A stretch of DNA of 64,000 nucleotides from Escherichia phage vB_EcoM_WFH. Made by a program: the position numbers and the translations under genes. Shown here piece by piece: positions 18,887-28,258 of this stretch. How positions within the stretch are numbered: position 1 is the stretch's first letter; each line of letters opens with the position of its first letter. The notes beneath the pieces are model-generated. The model worked only from the letters and a program-made list of their open reading frames with translations, did not search any database and was not told the DNA's origin. The DNA is taken from sequence record NC_048194.1. One strand, 5' to 3'.

Positions 18887-19446
18887 TGGACTTTGTTTCG
18901 ATTCTGCTCTCTGGTCAATCTCTGACCATAACGAATGAGTCAACAGGGATTCCTGTATGGGCAAAGCTTTCTCCAGTGTCTGCAGAAATAACATCACCAG
19001 CAGAAACTACTCAATTTCCACTTGCTGGAACGGCGATGCAGGTTGTGGAAGTATCAAGCACATCCTCAGTAAGCAATTTACAGGCGGCAAAAGTAATAAT
19101 GCCAGCGCACATGGCGCTAAACGTAATTTGCAATGACCAATCGACTATTGAAAACATAATTAATACATTCGACAATGATGAAGTTACATTTTCAATAACT
19201 TCTCGAAGCATAATTGCAAGCAAAATGTCGATGTCTGATGTCGAAATAACTCAGTCAGAAGAAAACCTGAATGGAGTCTCAATTGTAATAACATTTGAAC
19301 AGACGTCATTTAGTATTCAGGGAAGCTTTGACCCTAAACAGTCCGCAGATGAATCGTCAAATGGCGTGGCTATTAAAGAGCCAGTCAGTTTGACTACAAC
19401 TGTGAGTTCGTTATATAATAAAATAAAATCAACAGTAGGAATATAA
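18886..19446 (+). CDS. hypothetical tail protein (186 aa)
   Basis: ATG overlapping upstream stop; Ser/Thr-rich. Confidence 0.35.
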   Translation: MDFVSILLSGQSLTITNESTGIPVWAKLSPVSAEITSPAETTQFPLAGTAMQVVEVSSTSSVSNLQAAKVIMPAHMALNVICNDQSTIENIINTFDNDEVTFSITSRSIIASKMSMSDVEITQSEENLNGVSIVITFEQTSFSIQGSFDPKQSADESSNGVAIKEPVSLTTTVSSLYNKIKSTVGI

Positions 19447-19447
19447 A

Positions 19448-19864
19448 ATGAAGATCACCAATAAACAAACTGGTCGCAAAGTAGAAATTAAAATCAGCAA
19501 AATGACTGCGATGGAAGGTTGGAACATACAGCGCCGATTCATCGAATTTGCAATGTCAAAAGACCCTGCATTTCGTTCAGAATATACAATGGAAGTATTA
19601 AGCTTTGCAAAGGTTGAACTTGATGTAGGGCAAGAAATTCCTCTGAGCACTGGCGCACTTATTGACAACCATCTTGGCGACTGGGAAAACTTGAAATTGG
19701 TTTTCGAAGCGGTGTTGATGGAAAACGGAATAAACCCAGAGACTCACGCTGAACGTGAAGGATACTGGGAACAGGCTGGCGGCGAAATGGCTGCAGCATT
19801 TATTGGCGAATCGATGCGATTAATCGCGCCATTCCTCAGCGGCGAGACTCCAAACAAGGGGTAA
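19448..19864 (+). CDS. putative tail assembly chaperone
   Basis: 138 aa acidic protein immediately upstream of tape measure gene; assignment by position only. Confidence 0.3.
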   Translation: MKITNKQTGRKVEIKISKMTAMEGWNIQRRFIEFAMSKDPAFRSEYTMEVLSFAKVELDVGQEIPLSTGALIDNHLGDWENLKLVFEAVLMENGINPETHAEREGYWEQAGGEMAAAFIGESMRLIAPFLSGETPNKG

Positions 19865-19867
19865 ACT

Positions 19868-22048
19868 GTGTCTGACTCATTAGAAAAATTTGTTCTTCAA
19901 TATACGGTGGACTTGAAAGAGTCCATCAATCGTCTTGAGCAATTGCAAGATAAGGTTGATCAGACAAACAAAAAGGCAAAGTCAGCTGGCAAAGACTTCA
20001 CTGGAGCATTCAAGGATGTGTTTGGGGAGTTGAAGCCTCTCACAGCTGAACTGGGGTCTATTGACGGAATCCTTGCGCGGCTTACTTATCGCTTTGCCGC
20101 GCTCGTCCCTGTTGTCGCAGGATTGGCTGTCGTAGTCAAATCTATCGTTGATGTTCGAAAAGAATACGAAGCGCAAAGGAAGCTTGGATTTGAAGCAGGT
20201 CTTTCACCAATTGGCGTAGAGCAATTACAGCGACAATTGAATGAAAGTTCAGGCGGAGTTCTTGGTGCGCAAGGGTCAAGGGATTTAATCAGCAAGGCTT
20301 CTAATCTCGCATTCAACGCATACACCAACCCCGATGTGATGAACAAGGATAACTTGCTGCTGAACAAGATGGGGACCAGTCCTTTCAACAGTAACGGCGG
20401 CATCAAAGACACAAACCAGCTGCTTGATGAAATTGGCACAAAGCTGAGAAGTGTGAATGAGCAAACCGCTCGTGCTATTGGTGCTCTGGCAGGTTTTACC
20501 GCCGATGAAGTCCGTGCGCTTCGTGAGCGAAATCAATCAGTCAAAGAAAGCACCCGTATAAGCGACGAAGAAACGGCGAAGCTGCAAAGACAGCAGGCTG
20601 CGCTTGAAACGATACGAAACAGCATGGGCCAAATTCAAGAAGACTGGCGACGCATTGAACTGGTAATCGGTGAGAACGTGATGCCTGCATTCTCGACGCT
20701 TGTCAGCAAGACTGCCGATACAGTCGAAGGATTCCAGATGATGTTCCAAAGGATGTCTGATGGATGGTCTGAATTTGTCGACAATTTCATCGCTGATTTG
20801 AAACACCCGTTCGATAAACAGGCAGCTGTTAACGAGCGTCACGAGCGTGCCGTTGATAGATGGATCACTCAGATGGCTGACGGCGATGTGAAACGCCAGA
20901 GGAACCAGGAGCAAAACGCGGCTGAGCAACGTTCTGCTCAAGCACTTTTCACTCGCGATATAAACCTGTTTTCAAGCGCCGTTTCAACCTTTGCTGGTGT
21001 TATTGATGAGCGACAAGCGTGGGCTGCATGGGCTGGTGAGATAGGACGAAGCGCAGGCCAATCCGCAATGCCTGGCACGCCAGCACTAAGCACTGGCGCG
21101 ACCGTAGGCAACAACTTGGGGTCAGGAAATCCGACTGCATATGACTCAATCTATGAGGAAGCCTCCAAGCGTTATGGAATCCCTGTTGCGATGATGAAGG
21201 CCGTCACAGAAGTCGAATCTGGATTCAACCCTAATGCCGTAAGCGGAGCAGGCGCGACCGGATTGATGCAAATAATGCCTTCCAACTTCAAGGGACTTGG
21301 CATCACAGACGGTAACGACCCAAGACAAAACATTATGGGCGGCGCTCAACTTCTCAAGGAATATTTAACTGCTGCCAATGGCGATTGGAATCTTGCGCTG
21401 ACTATGTATCACGGCGGATATGACCGCAGCGGATGGGGAAAGAACACCCGCGCATACCCTGGCAAGGTGATGGCCGCTCTCGAACGACAGGCGAATGGAG
21501 AATACGCCACGGGAGCGCCGCAAGGTGCACCAGTTACTCCAGTGCTTAGCGGTAGCGGAGCAGAAGCGCCGAAAGGAAGCTATGCACCAGTACAAGGCCA
21601 ATCCCGCCAAACGGTGCAATACAGACAGTTGCAAGAAGCCATTGCAGGATACCTAAACGTGCCAGTTGAGCAGCTGATGCAAGGGCAAGTTAACAAAGGT
21701 GATATTGACTTTGCTCAAACTTACCTTAAACTTGGAACGCAAAGGGATTATATTAAAAACATGCAGCTGGCTTCAACTCCAGGCGTAAGACCGAACATTC
21801 AGGCCGAAGCGATGAAGAATGCTCGTCTTGCGGCATTCCAGCTTGAGGCGTTCCAGAAATACGGCGGCGACCTCTCCGCGAATAGTCGACCTGGTGGGCG
21901 TGATATTACTGTGGGTCAGAAAAACGTTGTCATCAACGTCAACGGCGCTCAAGACCCACGAAGCACGGCTATTGAGACTAAGCGCGTGCTTGAACAAGAT
22001 GATATCAACGACATAAACAACCTTACTGCTACACCTTTGAAGTGGTGA
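19868..22048 (+). CDS. tape measure protein with lytic transglycosylase (SLT) domain
   Basis: 726 aa, coiled-coil-rich N-half; C-half contains AMMKAVTEVESGFNPNAVSGAGATGLMQIMPSNF, the classic SLT catalytic-region motif (E-S ... GLMQ). Confidence 0.6.
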   Translation: MSDSLEKFVLQYTVDLKESINRLEQLQDKVDQTNKKAKSAGKDFTGAFKDVFGELKPLTAELGSIDGILARLTYRFAALVPVVAGLAVVVKSIVDVRKEYEAQRKLGFEAGLSPIGVEQLQRQLNESSGGVLGAQGSRDLISKASNLAFNAYTNPDVMNKDNLLLNKMGTSPFNSNGGIKDTNQLLDEIGTKLRSVNEQTARAIGALAGFTADEVRALRERNQSVKESTRISDEETAKLQRQQAALETIRNSMGQIQEDWRRIELVIGENVMPAFSTLVSKTADTVEGFQMMFQRMSDGWSEFVDNFIADLKHPFDKQAAVNERHERAVDRWITQMADGDVKRQRNQEQNAAEQRSAQALFTRDINLFSSAVSTFAGVIDERQAWAAWAGEIGRSAGQSAMPGTPALSTGATVGNNLGSGNPTAYDSIYEEASKRYGIPVAMMKAVTEVESGFNPNAVSGAGATGLMQIMPSNFKGLGITDGNDPRQNIMGGAQLLKEYLTAANGDWNLALTMYHGGYDRSGWGKNTRAYPGKVMAALERQANGEYATGAPQGAPVTPVLSGSGAEAPKGSYAPVQGQSRQTVQYRQLQEAIAGYLNVPVEQLMQGQVNKGDIDFAQTYLKLGTQRDYIKNMQLASTPGVRPNIQAEAMKNARLAAFQLEAFQKYGGDLSANSRPGGRDITVGQKNVVINVNGAQDPRSTAIETKRVLEQDDINDINNLTATPLKW

Positions 22049-22052
22049 TCAT

Positions 22053-22925
22053 TTGAAAAAGAGAATCCTTAAAGTCACCTTATCCATGCCGGATGGCACA
22101 AGCCAAGTGCTTGACGAAGGATTGATGCTTAGATGCCGAATCAAAAAGGCAGCACTTTCCGTTCAGAATAAGGCCACGATTGAAGTCGCAGGATTAACAG
22201 GGTACTTGAGAGAGTACCTGCTTTCCAACTTCACGGCATTCAACAAACGTCTGCGTGATCAAGGCCAGCTGGCGGCGAACTACGTCAACGTGACTATTGA
22301 AGCTGGATACAGAGAAGGGAATGTAATCAGCAGCAACTTGGTATACAAGGGACAGGTGACGACAGTTGAGATAACAGCGCCGCCGCCGAATATTGTCATC
22401 AGAATCACTTGCTACACCAACCAAATAAACAGAACTAAGTTCATCACTCAAGCTGCGCCATCCAACCCGACTTTCAAAGAGTTTGTGGAATGGTCTGCAA
22501 AACAAATGGACATCGATACTGTTATTTGTGATACGTCGATTAACAATCAGCGACTTGTGAATCCAGGAAGGACGACATATGTTGCTGCTGCGCTGCTGCT
22601 TGAGATCCAGAACTATCAACGCAACTCCATCGCGGCATACATTGATGACGATACGTTAATTGTCAAGGATAAAGACAAAATTCTAAATCCAGACCAGATT
22701 ACGGTCATTGAGGAATTTGTCGGAATACCGATGTGGAATGAGTGGGGTGCAGACTTCACTTGTATGTATAACGCAGATTTGAAGCTTGCACAAGGTGTTA
22801 AATTCAAATCAGTCTTAAACCCAAGCTTGAACGACACTACATTTGTCATCATGCAACTTGAATATGATTTAGCAAGTCGTGATGATATATTTACGGTGAC
22901 GGGCGGCGTTGCACCATCGGCATAA
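22053..22925 (+). CDS. hypothetical tail/baseplate protein (290 aa)
   Basis: TTG start (first in-frame ATG at codon 12); follows tape measure. Confidence 0.35.
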   Translation: MKKRILKVTLSMPDGTSQVLDEGLMLRCRIKKAALSVQNKATIEVAGLTGYLREYLLSNFTAFNKRLRDQGQLAANYVNVTIEAGYREGNVISSNLVYKGQVTTVEITAPPPNIVIRITCYTNQINRTKFITQAAPSNPTFKEFVEWSAKQMDIDTVICDTSINNQRLVNPGRTTYVAAALLLEIQNYQRNSIAAYIDDDTLIVKDKDKILNPDQITVIEEFVGIPMWNEWGADFTCMYNADLKLAQGVKFKSVLNPSLNDTTFVIMQLEYDLASRDDIFTVTGGVAPSA

Positions 22926-22927
22926 AT

Positions 22928-23449
22928 ATGAGAAAGAATAAAGTAATTGACTTGTTTGGCGTTACTTATGAAATTCATCAATTCAGCGCAATAGATGCAT
23001 TCGAAATGGTGGACGACATAAGCATATTAACTCCACTTGAATTATTGAGTGAATGTTATGTCATCAAATATGACGGGTCCAAAGTAAGGCTTAATTCTGA
23101 AAAAGTAATTAGTGAGGAAGTGAAAAGCATACCTAATCACTTGCCGCCTAATCTTGTGTTGAAAGTATTAATGGAAGCCGTTAAAAAGCACAACTTTGGA
23201 TTCCTTAGCGATTGGAAAGGCACCAAGATTCCAAATAGATTCTTGGCGGATGCACCGACAGTAGAGCCTAATTATCTTGAGCCAATGGTTGCAAGTCTAA
23301 TAAATAACGGCCTTGCCTCTTTAAAGGAGTTGGAAGAATACTATTCATTGCGTGATGCATTTGCCATGTTTGATGGTTTAATAGCAAAATCACTTAATGA
23401 AGCCTACTCAAACGAAGCTGCCATTAAAGAATCAAAGTCAAATCGCTAA
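22928..23449 (+). CDS. hypothetical tail/baseplate protein (173 aa)
   Basis: ATG start; structural array. Confidence 0.35.
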   Translation: MRKNKVIDLFGVTYEIHQFSAIDAFEMVDDISILTPLELLSECYVIKYDGSKVRLNSEKVISEEVKSIPNHLPPNLVLKVLMEAVKKHNFGFLSDWKGTKIPNRFLADAPTVEPNYLEPMVASLINNGLASLKELEEYYSLRDAFAMFDGLIAKSLNEAYSNEAAIKESKSNR

Positions 23450-23459
23450 AATATTGCTT

Positions 23460-23508
23460 ATAGACTCCTTATAGATTATAATTTGTTGATCAGATATAAG
23501 GAGTCTAT
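23460..23508 (+). promoter_or_regulatory. perfect 14-bp inverted repeat enclosing the RBS and start of the next gene
   Basis: ATAGACTCCTTATA (23460-23473) and TATAAGGAGTCTAT (23495-23508), loop contains TATAAT; 3' arm contains AGGAG and first bases of ATG 23507. Confidence 0.5.
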
Positions 23509-24235
23509 GATGGCAGAAAAGTTAACCCAACTTACAAGCCCCAACCAAACTGACAAATCAAGTATGTTTGCCGCGCTTCAGGGAATGCTGGACCGTGGCA
23601 AGTATACCACTGATGGCATGATTCCTGCGCAAGTAATATCTTATGACCGCAAGAAAAATTTAGCAGTCATAAAACCTGTTATTCATTTCGTAAGTCTTGA
23701 TGATAAGCCAGTGGAGCGTCAACCTTTGGTGTCAATTCCGGTACTGGCAATCGGCGGCGGCGGATTCGTGATCAACTTCCCTTTGAAGGAAGGCGACTTG
23801 GGCTGGATATTCGCTGGCGACCGCGAGTTGTCGACATTCCTTGAAGAATTGAAGCCGACCGCGCCTACCAATGGCCGTGTAAAAACTTTCGCTGATGGAC
23901 TGTTCATACCGGATGTATTCCGAAAATACACCATAAGCGGAGAGGATGCAGGGTCAATGGTAATTCAATCCCTCAGCGGCGCTGTGAGAATTGCACTAAG
24001 CGATGACTCAATAAACATAACTGCGTCTGCTGGAGTAAACGTCAAGACCCCGATAACCACTATCGATCAACAATTGATAGTAAATGGAAAGGCAACATTC
24101 AATGGTGGGATAGAAGGCAAAGAAGGAACGACGGCAACGCTTCCGACTGGCACAACGGTCGGCGGCATTGATGTATCCACTCACGGGCATATCGGTAACG
24201 GGCCTGGAAACAGAACTGGGAATATGATAGAATGA
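23507..24235 (+). CDS. baseplate spike / gpV-like protein (putative)
   Basis: ATG at 23507 after RBS aggag (track start 23483 is TTG); OB-fold-like N-region pattern and Gly-rich C-terminus recalled from baseplate assembly protein V family. Confidence 0.4.
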   Translation: MMAEKLTQLTSPNQTDKSSMFAALQGMLDRGKYTTDGMIPAQVISYDRKKNLAVIKPVIHFVSLDDKPVERQPLVSIPVLAIGGGGFVINFPLKEGDLGWIFAGDRELSTFLEELKPTAPTNGRVKTFADGLFIPDVFRKYTISGEDAGSMVIQSLSGAVRIALSDDSINITASAGVNVKTPITTIDQQLIVNGKATFNGGIEGKEGTTATLPTGTTVGGIDVSTHGHIGNGPGNRTGNMIE

Positions 24236-25503
24236 GTGCACAATATTCTTACATAGTAAGCACTGGTGTGATCACCATTGACACGGCAGATTTATTGGCT
24301 GATGTTCAAGATGAATGGATTGAGTCTTTAGGGGTCGGGCTTGATGTTGATGCTTCGACGCCGCAAGGCACGCTAATCGCAACAGAAACGTTGGCAAGAA
24401 CTTCAGTGATGAAGAACAATGCCGAATTGGGAAGTCTCATCAACCCTAACTACTCATATGGAGTATATCTTGATGCAATCGCGGCGCTTCTTGGTATCGA
24501 GCGCACAAAGAACGTAAGCACGATGTTGAAAGGTGTGACTGCAGAGGGAGTGCCGCTGCTGGAAATTCCTGCTGGAAGTCTTCTTACTGATTCAAATGGT
24601 ACATACTGGTATGTTCTGGAAGACGTTCAAATCACTTCGACTGGCAAGACAAGCAATATGACTCTTGCGTCAAAAGATTATGGATCATTCACTGTTGCGC
24701 CTGATGAAGAGTTTACAGTGGTGCAAGGTTATGATGTCATCGGATGGTCAAGAACTTATTCAACGTCGGCAACAACGACCGTGCCAGGAACACAATACAT
24801 GAGCGACGGAGCATTAAAGGCCGCTCGTGTTAAGCGTCTTTACCAGCAGGGCATTGCATCGCTTGGTGCCATTCGCGCTCGCGCCATGTCGGTCGACGGT
24901 GTAGAATCTGTGATGGTCGTTGAGAACGACACAGGAGCGCCTGGAACGGTGCGCGGCATCACCTTCTCAACGCCTAACGGTGTTTGGGTGTGCGCAAGCG
25001 GAACATTTGACAAGCAAGTGTTTGCGGAGACGATATTCAAGGCGAAGATGGGCGGTCAACCTTGGGACTTTGGCGCTGCTAATCAAGGTGATCCGGTAAA
25101 CTCGCCTGATGGAATCGAAGTGGTCGATGCAGAATCACAACTGTCTTATTTCGTCAAATTCAACACTGCAGTGATATATGATTTGTATGTTGATATAACC
25201 GTTTCAAGAGGAACGGCTACCGCTGATGCTGAGTCTATTATTGCCGCTGTACTGAATTACGGCAATGGCAATTTTAACGGTGAGCAGGGGTATACAGTAG
25301 GGCAATCTCAATCTTCTTTTGAAATTGCTTCAGCAGTATCCTGCGAATATCCAGGACTTTACATCAAAGATTGCAAAATTGCAGCAGTCAAAAGCGGACA
25401 GGCAGCGCCAACTTATCCTTCCGATTATGGCAGCGAGTGGATTGCCAATCCATGGGATAAGGCCAATACCATGCGCGGCTTCATCAACGTTAAATTTGTG
25501 TGA
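24232..25503 (+). CDS. baseplate J-like protein
   Basis: 423 aa, ATG overlapping upstream stop; N-terminal pattern recalled from baseplate_J family; position after V-like gene. Confidence 0.45.
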   Translation: MSAQYSYIVSTGVITIDTADLLADVQDEWIESLGVGLDVDASTPQGTLIATETLARTSVMKNNAELGSLINPNYSYGVYLDAIAALLGIERTKNVSTMLKGVTAEGVPLLEIPAGSLLTDSNGTYWYVLEDVQITSTGKTSNMTLASKDYGSFTVAPDEEFTVVQGYDVIGWSRTYSTSATTTVPGTQYMSDGALKAARVKRLYQQGIASLGAIRARAMSVDGVESVMVVENDTGAPGTVRGITFSTPNGVWVCASGTFDKQVFAETIFKAKMGGQPWDFGAANQGDPVNSPDGIEVVDAESQLSYFVKFNTAVIYDLYVDITVSRGTATADAESIIAAVLNYGNGNFNGEQGYTVGQSQSSFEIASAVSCEYPGLYIKDCKIAAVKSGQAAPTYPSDYGSEWIANPWDKANTMRGFINVKFV

Positions 25504-25509
25504 GGAACT

Positions 25510-28248
25510 ATGCAAAAGTTTGACACAAACCTGTTGCAAAACCTTAAGTGGATGCAGAACAACGCGCCAAACATCACATCTTTGGTTCAGAAGAAGAGCG
25601 ACTGGTATGAGCGATATCAAGATCAGTTTTGGATTGACTGGTACAAGAACATATTCAACATTGATACTTGTGATGCAATGGGCATCTATATTTGGTGTGA
25701 CATCCTATGCATACCAAGGGATTTTGTTGACTTAAGCAACTATGAGCACAACTGGGCGTTTGGACCCACACGCGACAACTTCGAAGGGCCGGACAATATC
25801 GGCGGCAACTTCTTTGGTGCTGGCGGAAAGGTTGTGAAAAACATCGAAGAAGCCCGCATCCTTCTGAAGCTTCGTTATCTGACGCTTACAAGTGATGGCC
25901 GCATAGAAAGCATCAACCGTATGCTTAAGTGGATTTTCAACCGTGGAGAAGATTGGGATTACTCTTCATCGCGCTACGCATATGTGACAGATAATACTCA
26001 AGGCGCGGTGTCTTCTTCTGAAGCCACAAACGGCTCATTCCTTCTGTACGACTGGCAGGGGTCAACTGAGATTCAGCACGATTATAAACAAGTTCTTTTG
26101 AGCCACGGCAACAACGCAGGACTTACCATAAGTGGGGTGGCAGGGACCGTTTCGCGAATGGCACACCCAGACTGGTATTCATGGGGCAATGGTTCCGGCG
26201 CTGGTATTGTCGGCGGCGATACACGACAATATGGCGGCCCTGACTATTACGGCCAACTGTGCGGTGACTACCCAGGAGAGGCCATAGAGAATTTCGCCAA
26301 CGCAGTACGGGTCATCAAGACCGCTTCCAGCGGCGAGCCTGTGTATTCTTTGGCCAATAATCCAAGCGCCCAATCTATTGCGCTTCCTTCTCAGGCTGGT
26401 GTCAACGTTTGCTATAGCTTCTACATAAAAGTGCTTTCTGAAAACGTGGCTTCTGTTTCCGTAACAGAGAACAGTGATGCATCGAGTAATGGAAAACTTT
26501 TCGACCCAGTGACTGGGCAGTTCAATCTTGACTCTTCTTTGAGTTATTTCATCACAGGCAAGTTCGACGGTGTGAGAAGGGAATCAAACCGTGGTGGCAT
26601 CAAGGCAATCGGCGGCGATTGGTACAGAATCTGGATTGTAGAGCAAACTGCAAACGCGACGGCTGGGGTGAAAACAAGCTTTTCAATTGAGTTGAAAGCA
26701 ACTGCCGCTGGATCAACCCAGACTCGCGAATTGCCTGAAGGGTCTGATGCGCTTCTTTTTGGATACTCCATTTGTGTTTGCGACCCTGTTCAAAATCCTA
26801 ATGGGCCTGAGCCTTATTTCTATGGGACTCAAAATCCTCCTGCAGATGGAACGGCAATCCTGTCTGTTACGGCAGGAACGCTCAACAACATATCTTGCGC
26901 AAACGGTCCGTTGACCACAAGGGATGGCGTGGTAGGTGAATCATTCATGCAGCCTGGTTCATCGCTTGCATACTCTGGTTCAATCGGCGGCTACCCGTAC
27001 CCAGGAAACGCAACATTGATTGCAGAGACAGATGGAATCAGACGCTCATGGAACGTTAGCCGACTGGACGGCGTACCGCCGCCGCCGACCGCTGACTATT
27101 ACATGGAATATGTCATCGGGCCTTATTTCGCCAACAACTTATCCGACAACTTTAAGACGCTAGTTGGCGACAGGAATGAAGGATTCTTGCCAGCAAATGC
27201 CGGAATACGTTGGCAGCTTTACCAAGAAGTCGCAGACTTATCTGATATTGATTTGACCGTCAGCAACATAACAGACACGCGAGTAGGATTCGAAACGGAA
27301 GGTGTCGCATGGATTAACACTGACGGCATCATCAGAGTTGGCGGCATAAACGAGTGGCCGTTAAACAACTTCAAAGGTGTTATACGACAGCTTGAATCTT
27401 TGAAAGGTGTGAACCAAGTTATCGACGGCGCACTTGTCAACGACTATTCAATCTCAAAAGCATCAAGAGATGACTTTGGTCGTGAAATCCCACGTGCTGC
27501 GATCACAAACTACTGGCGATACACACAGCCCAATGACGGCACATCTTTTGGAAATATCGTCAAGGACGGAGATAACACGGTAACGGCGACGCCAATCAGC
27601 GGTGTGCCCAACCAGTTCCCATCATTCAAGCTTTCCGCTACAATAGGGACTGTGCCAGCGTCCGGCTATGCACGTGCTGTACTTGCTACTAAATACACTG
27701 GCAACCTGACTGGTCCTTTGTCATTTATCGCAATAGTTAAAAACAACACGGTAAACGGTCAAAAACTTTTCGTAACCGTACCGGATGGTATGGGCGGCTA
27801 TATCCCTAAATTCTACAGCATAGGCGCAGGTGATTTGCAACGCATCGAAATTGACCTTGCCGCTGAGATTGTTGCAGGAACGACTTGGGATGGTTCGACA
27901 GGTGGAATCAGCATTGGTTTGATATCAGGGAAAGACTTGCCGACCGAAGTCGGTACGACTCTTGAACTTGATATTTTAAGCTTGATGCTTGTTTCTGGTA
28001 ATACGATGAATGCGCTTGCGATTTCAACAAGCGAAGACTTTGCAAAGAAAACTGCAACTTCTATATACATCAAAAACCCAGGGTCACTGGCGACTGGAGT
28101 TCAATTGATAGCTTCGAATGGGGATGTTGTAGCGACAGTAAACTTTCCAAGAAGTGCTGCTGGCGGTTATGTCTCAAGCATGAATATAACTGACTTAACT
28201 GGTGATTGGGCATCAACCCTTTTATCAAAAATTAAATACATCGTGTAG
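25510..28248 (+). CDS. large tail fibre / baseplate wedge protein
   Basis: 912 aa, Gly/Ser/Thr/Asn-rich with repetitive beta-rich character; located between baseplate J-like and distal fibre genes. Confidence 0.45.
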   Translation: MQKFDTNLLQNLKWMQNNAPNITSLVQKKSDWYERYQDQFWIDWYKNIFNIDTCDAMGIYIWCDILCIPRDFVDLSNYEHNWAFGPTRDNFEGPDNIGGNFFGAGGKVVKNIEEARILLKLRYLTLTSDGRIESINRMLKWIFNRGEDWDYSSSRYAYVTDNTQGAVSSSEATNGSFLLYDWQGSTEIQHDYKQVLLSHGNNAGLTISGVAGTVSRMAHPDWYSWGNGSGAGIVGGDTRQYGGPDYYGQLCGDYPGEAIENFANAVRVIKTASSGEPVYSLANNPSAQSIALPSQAGVNVCYSFYIKVLSENVASVSVTENSDASSNGKLFDPVTGQFNLDSSLSYFITGKFDGVRRESNRGGIKAIGGDWYRIWIVEQTANATAGVKTSFSIELKATAAGSTQTRELPEGSDALLFGYSICVCDPVQNPNGPEPYFYGTQNPPADGTAILSVTAGTLNNISCANGPLTTRDGVVGESFMQPGSSLAYSGSIGGYPYPGNATLIAETDGIRRSWNVSRLDGVPPPPTADYYMEYVIGPYFANNLSDNFKTLVGDRNEGFLPANAGIRWQLYQEVADLSDIDLTVSNITDTRVGFETEGVAWINTDGIIRVGGINEWPLNNFKGVIRQLESLKGVNQVIDGALVNDYSISKASRDDFGREIPRAAITNYWRYTQPNDGTSFGNIVKDGDNTVTATPISGVPNQFPSFKLSATIGTVPASGYARAVLATKYTGNLTGPLSFIAIVKNNTVNGQKLFVTVPDGMGGYIPKFYSIGAGDLQRIEIDLAAEIVAGTTWDGSTGGISIGLISGKDLPTEVGTTLELDILSLMLVSGNTMNALAISTSEDFAKKTATSIYIKNPGSLATGVQLIASNGDVVATVNFPRSAAGGYVSSMNITDLTGDWASTLLSKIKYIV

Positions 28249-28258
28249 AGGAACGGCA

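Noticed and set aside
19448-19868. Programmed -1 frameshift in the chaperone gene upstream of the tape measure
   Set aside because: I could not find a slippery heptamer near the 3' end, and the tape measure gene starts immediately after the stop.
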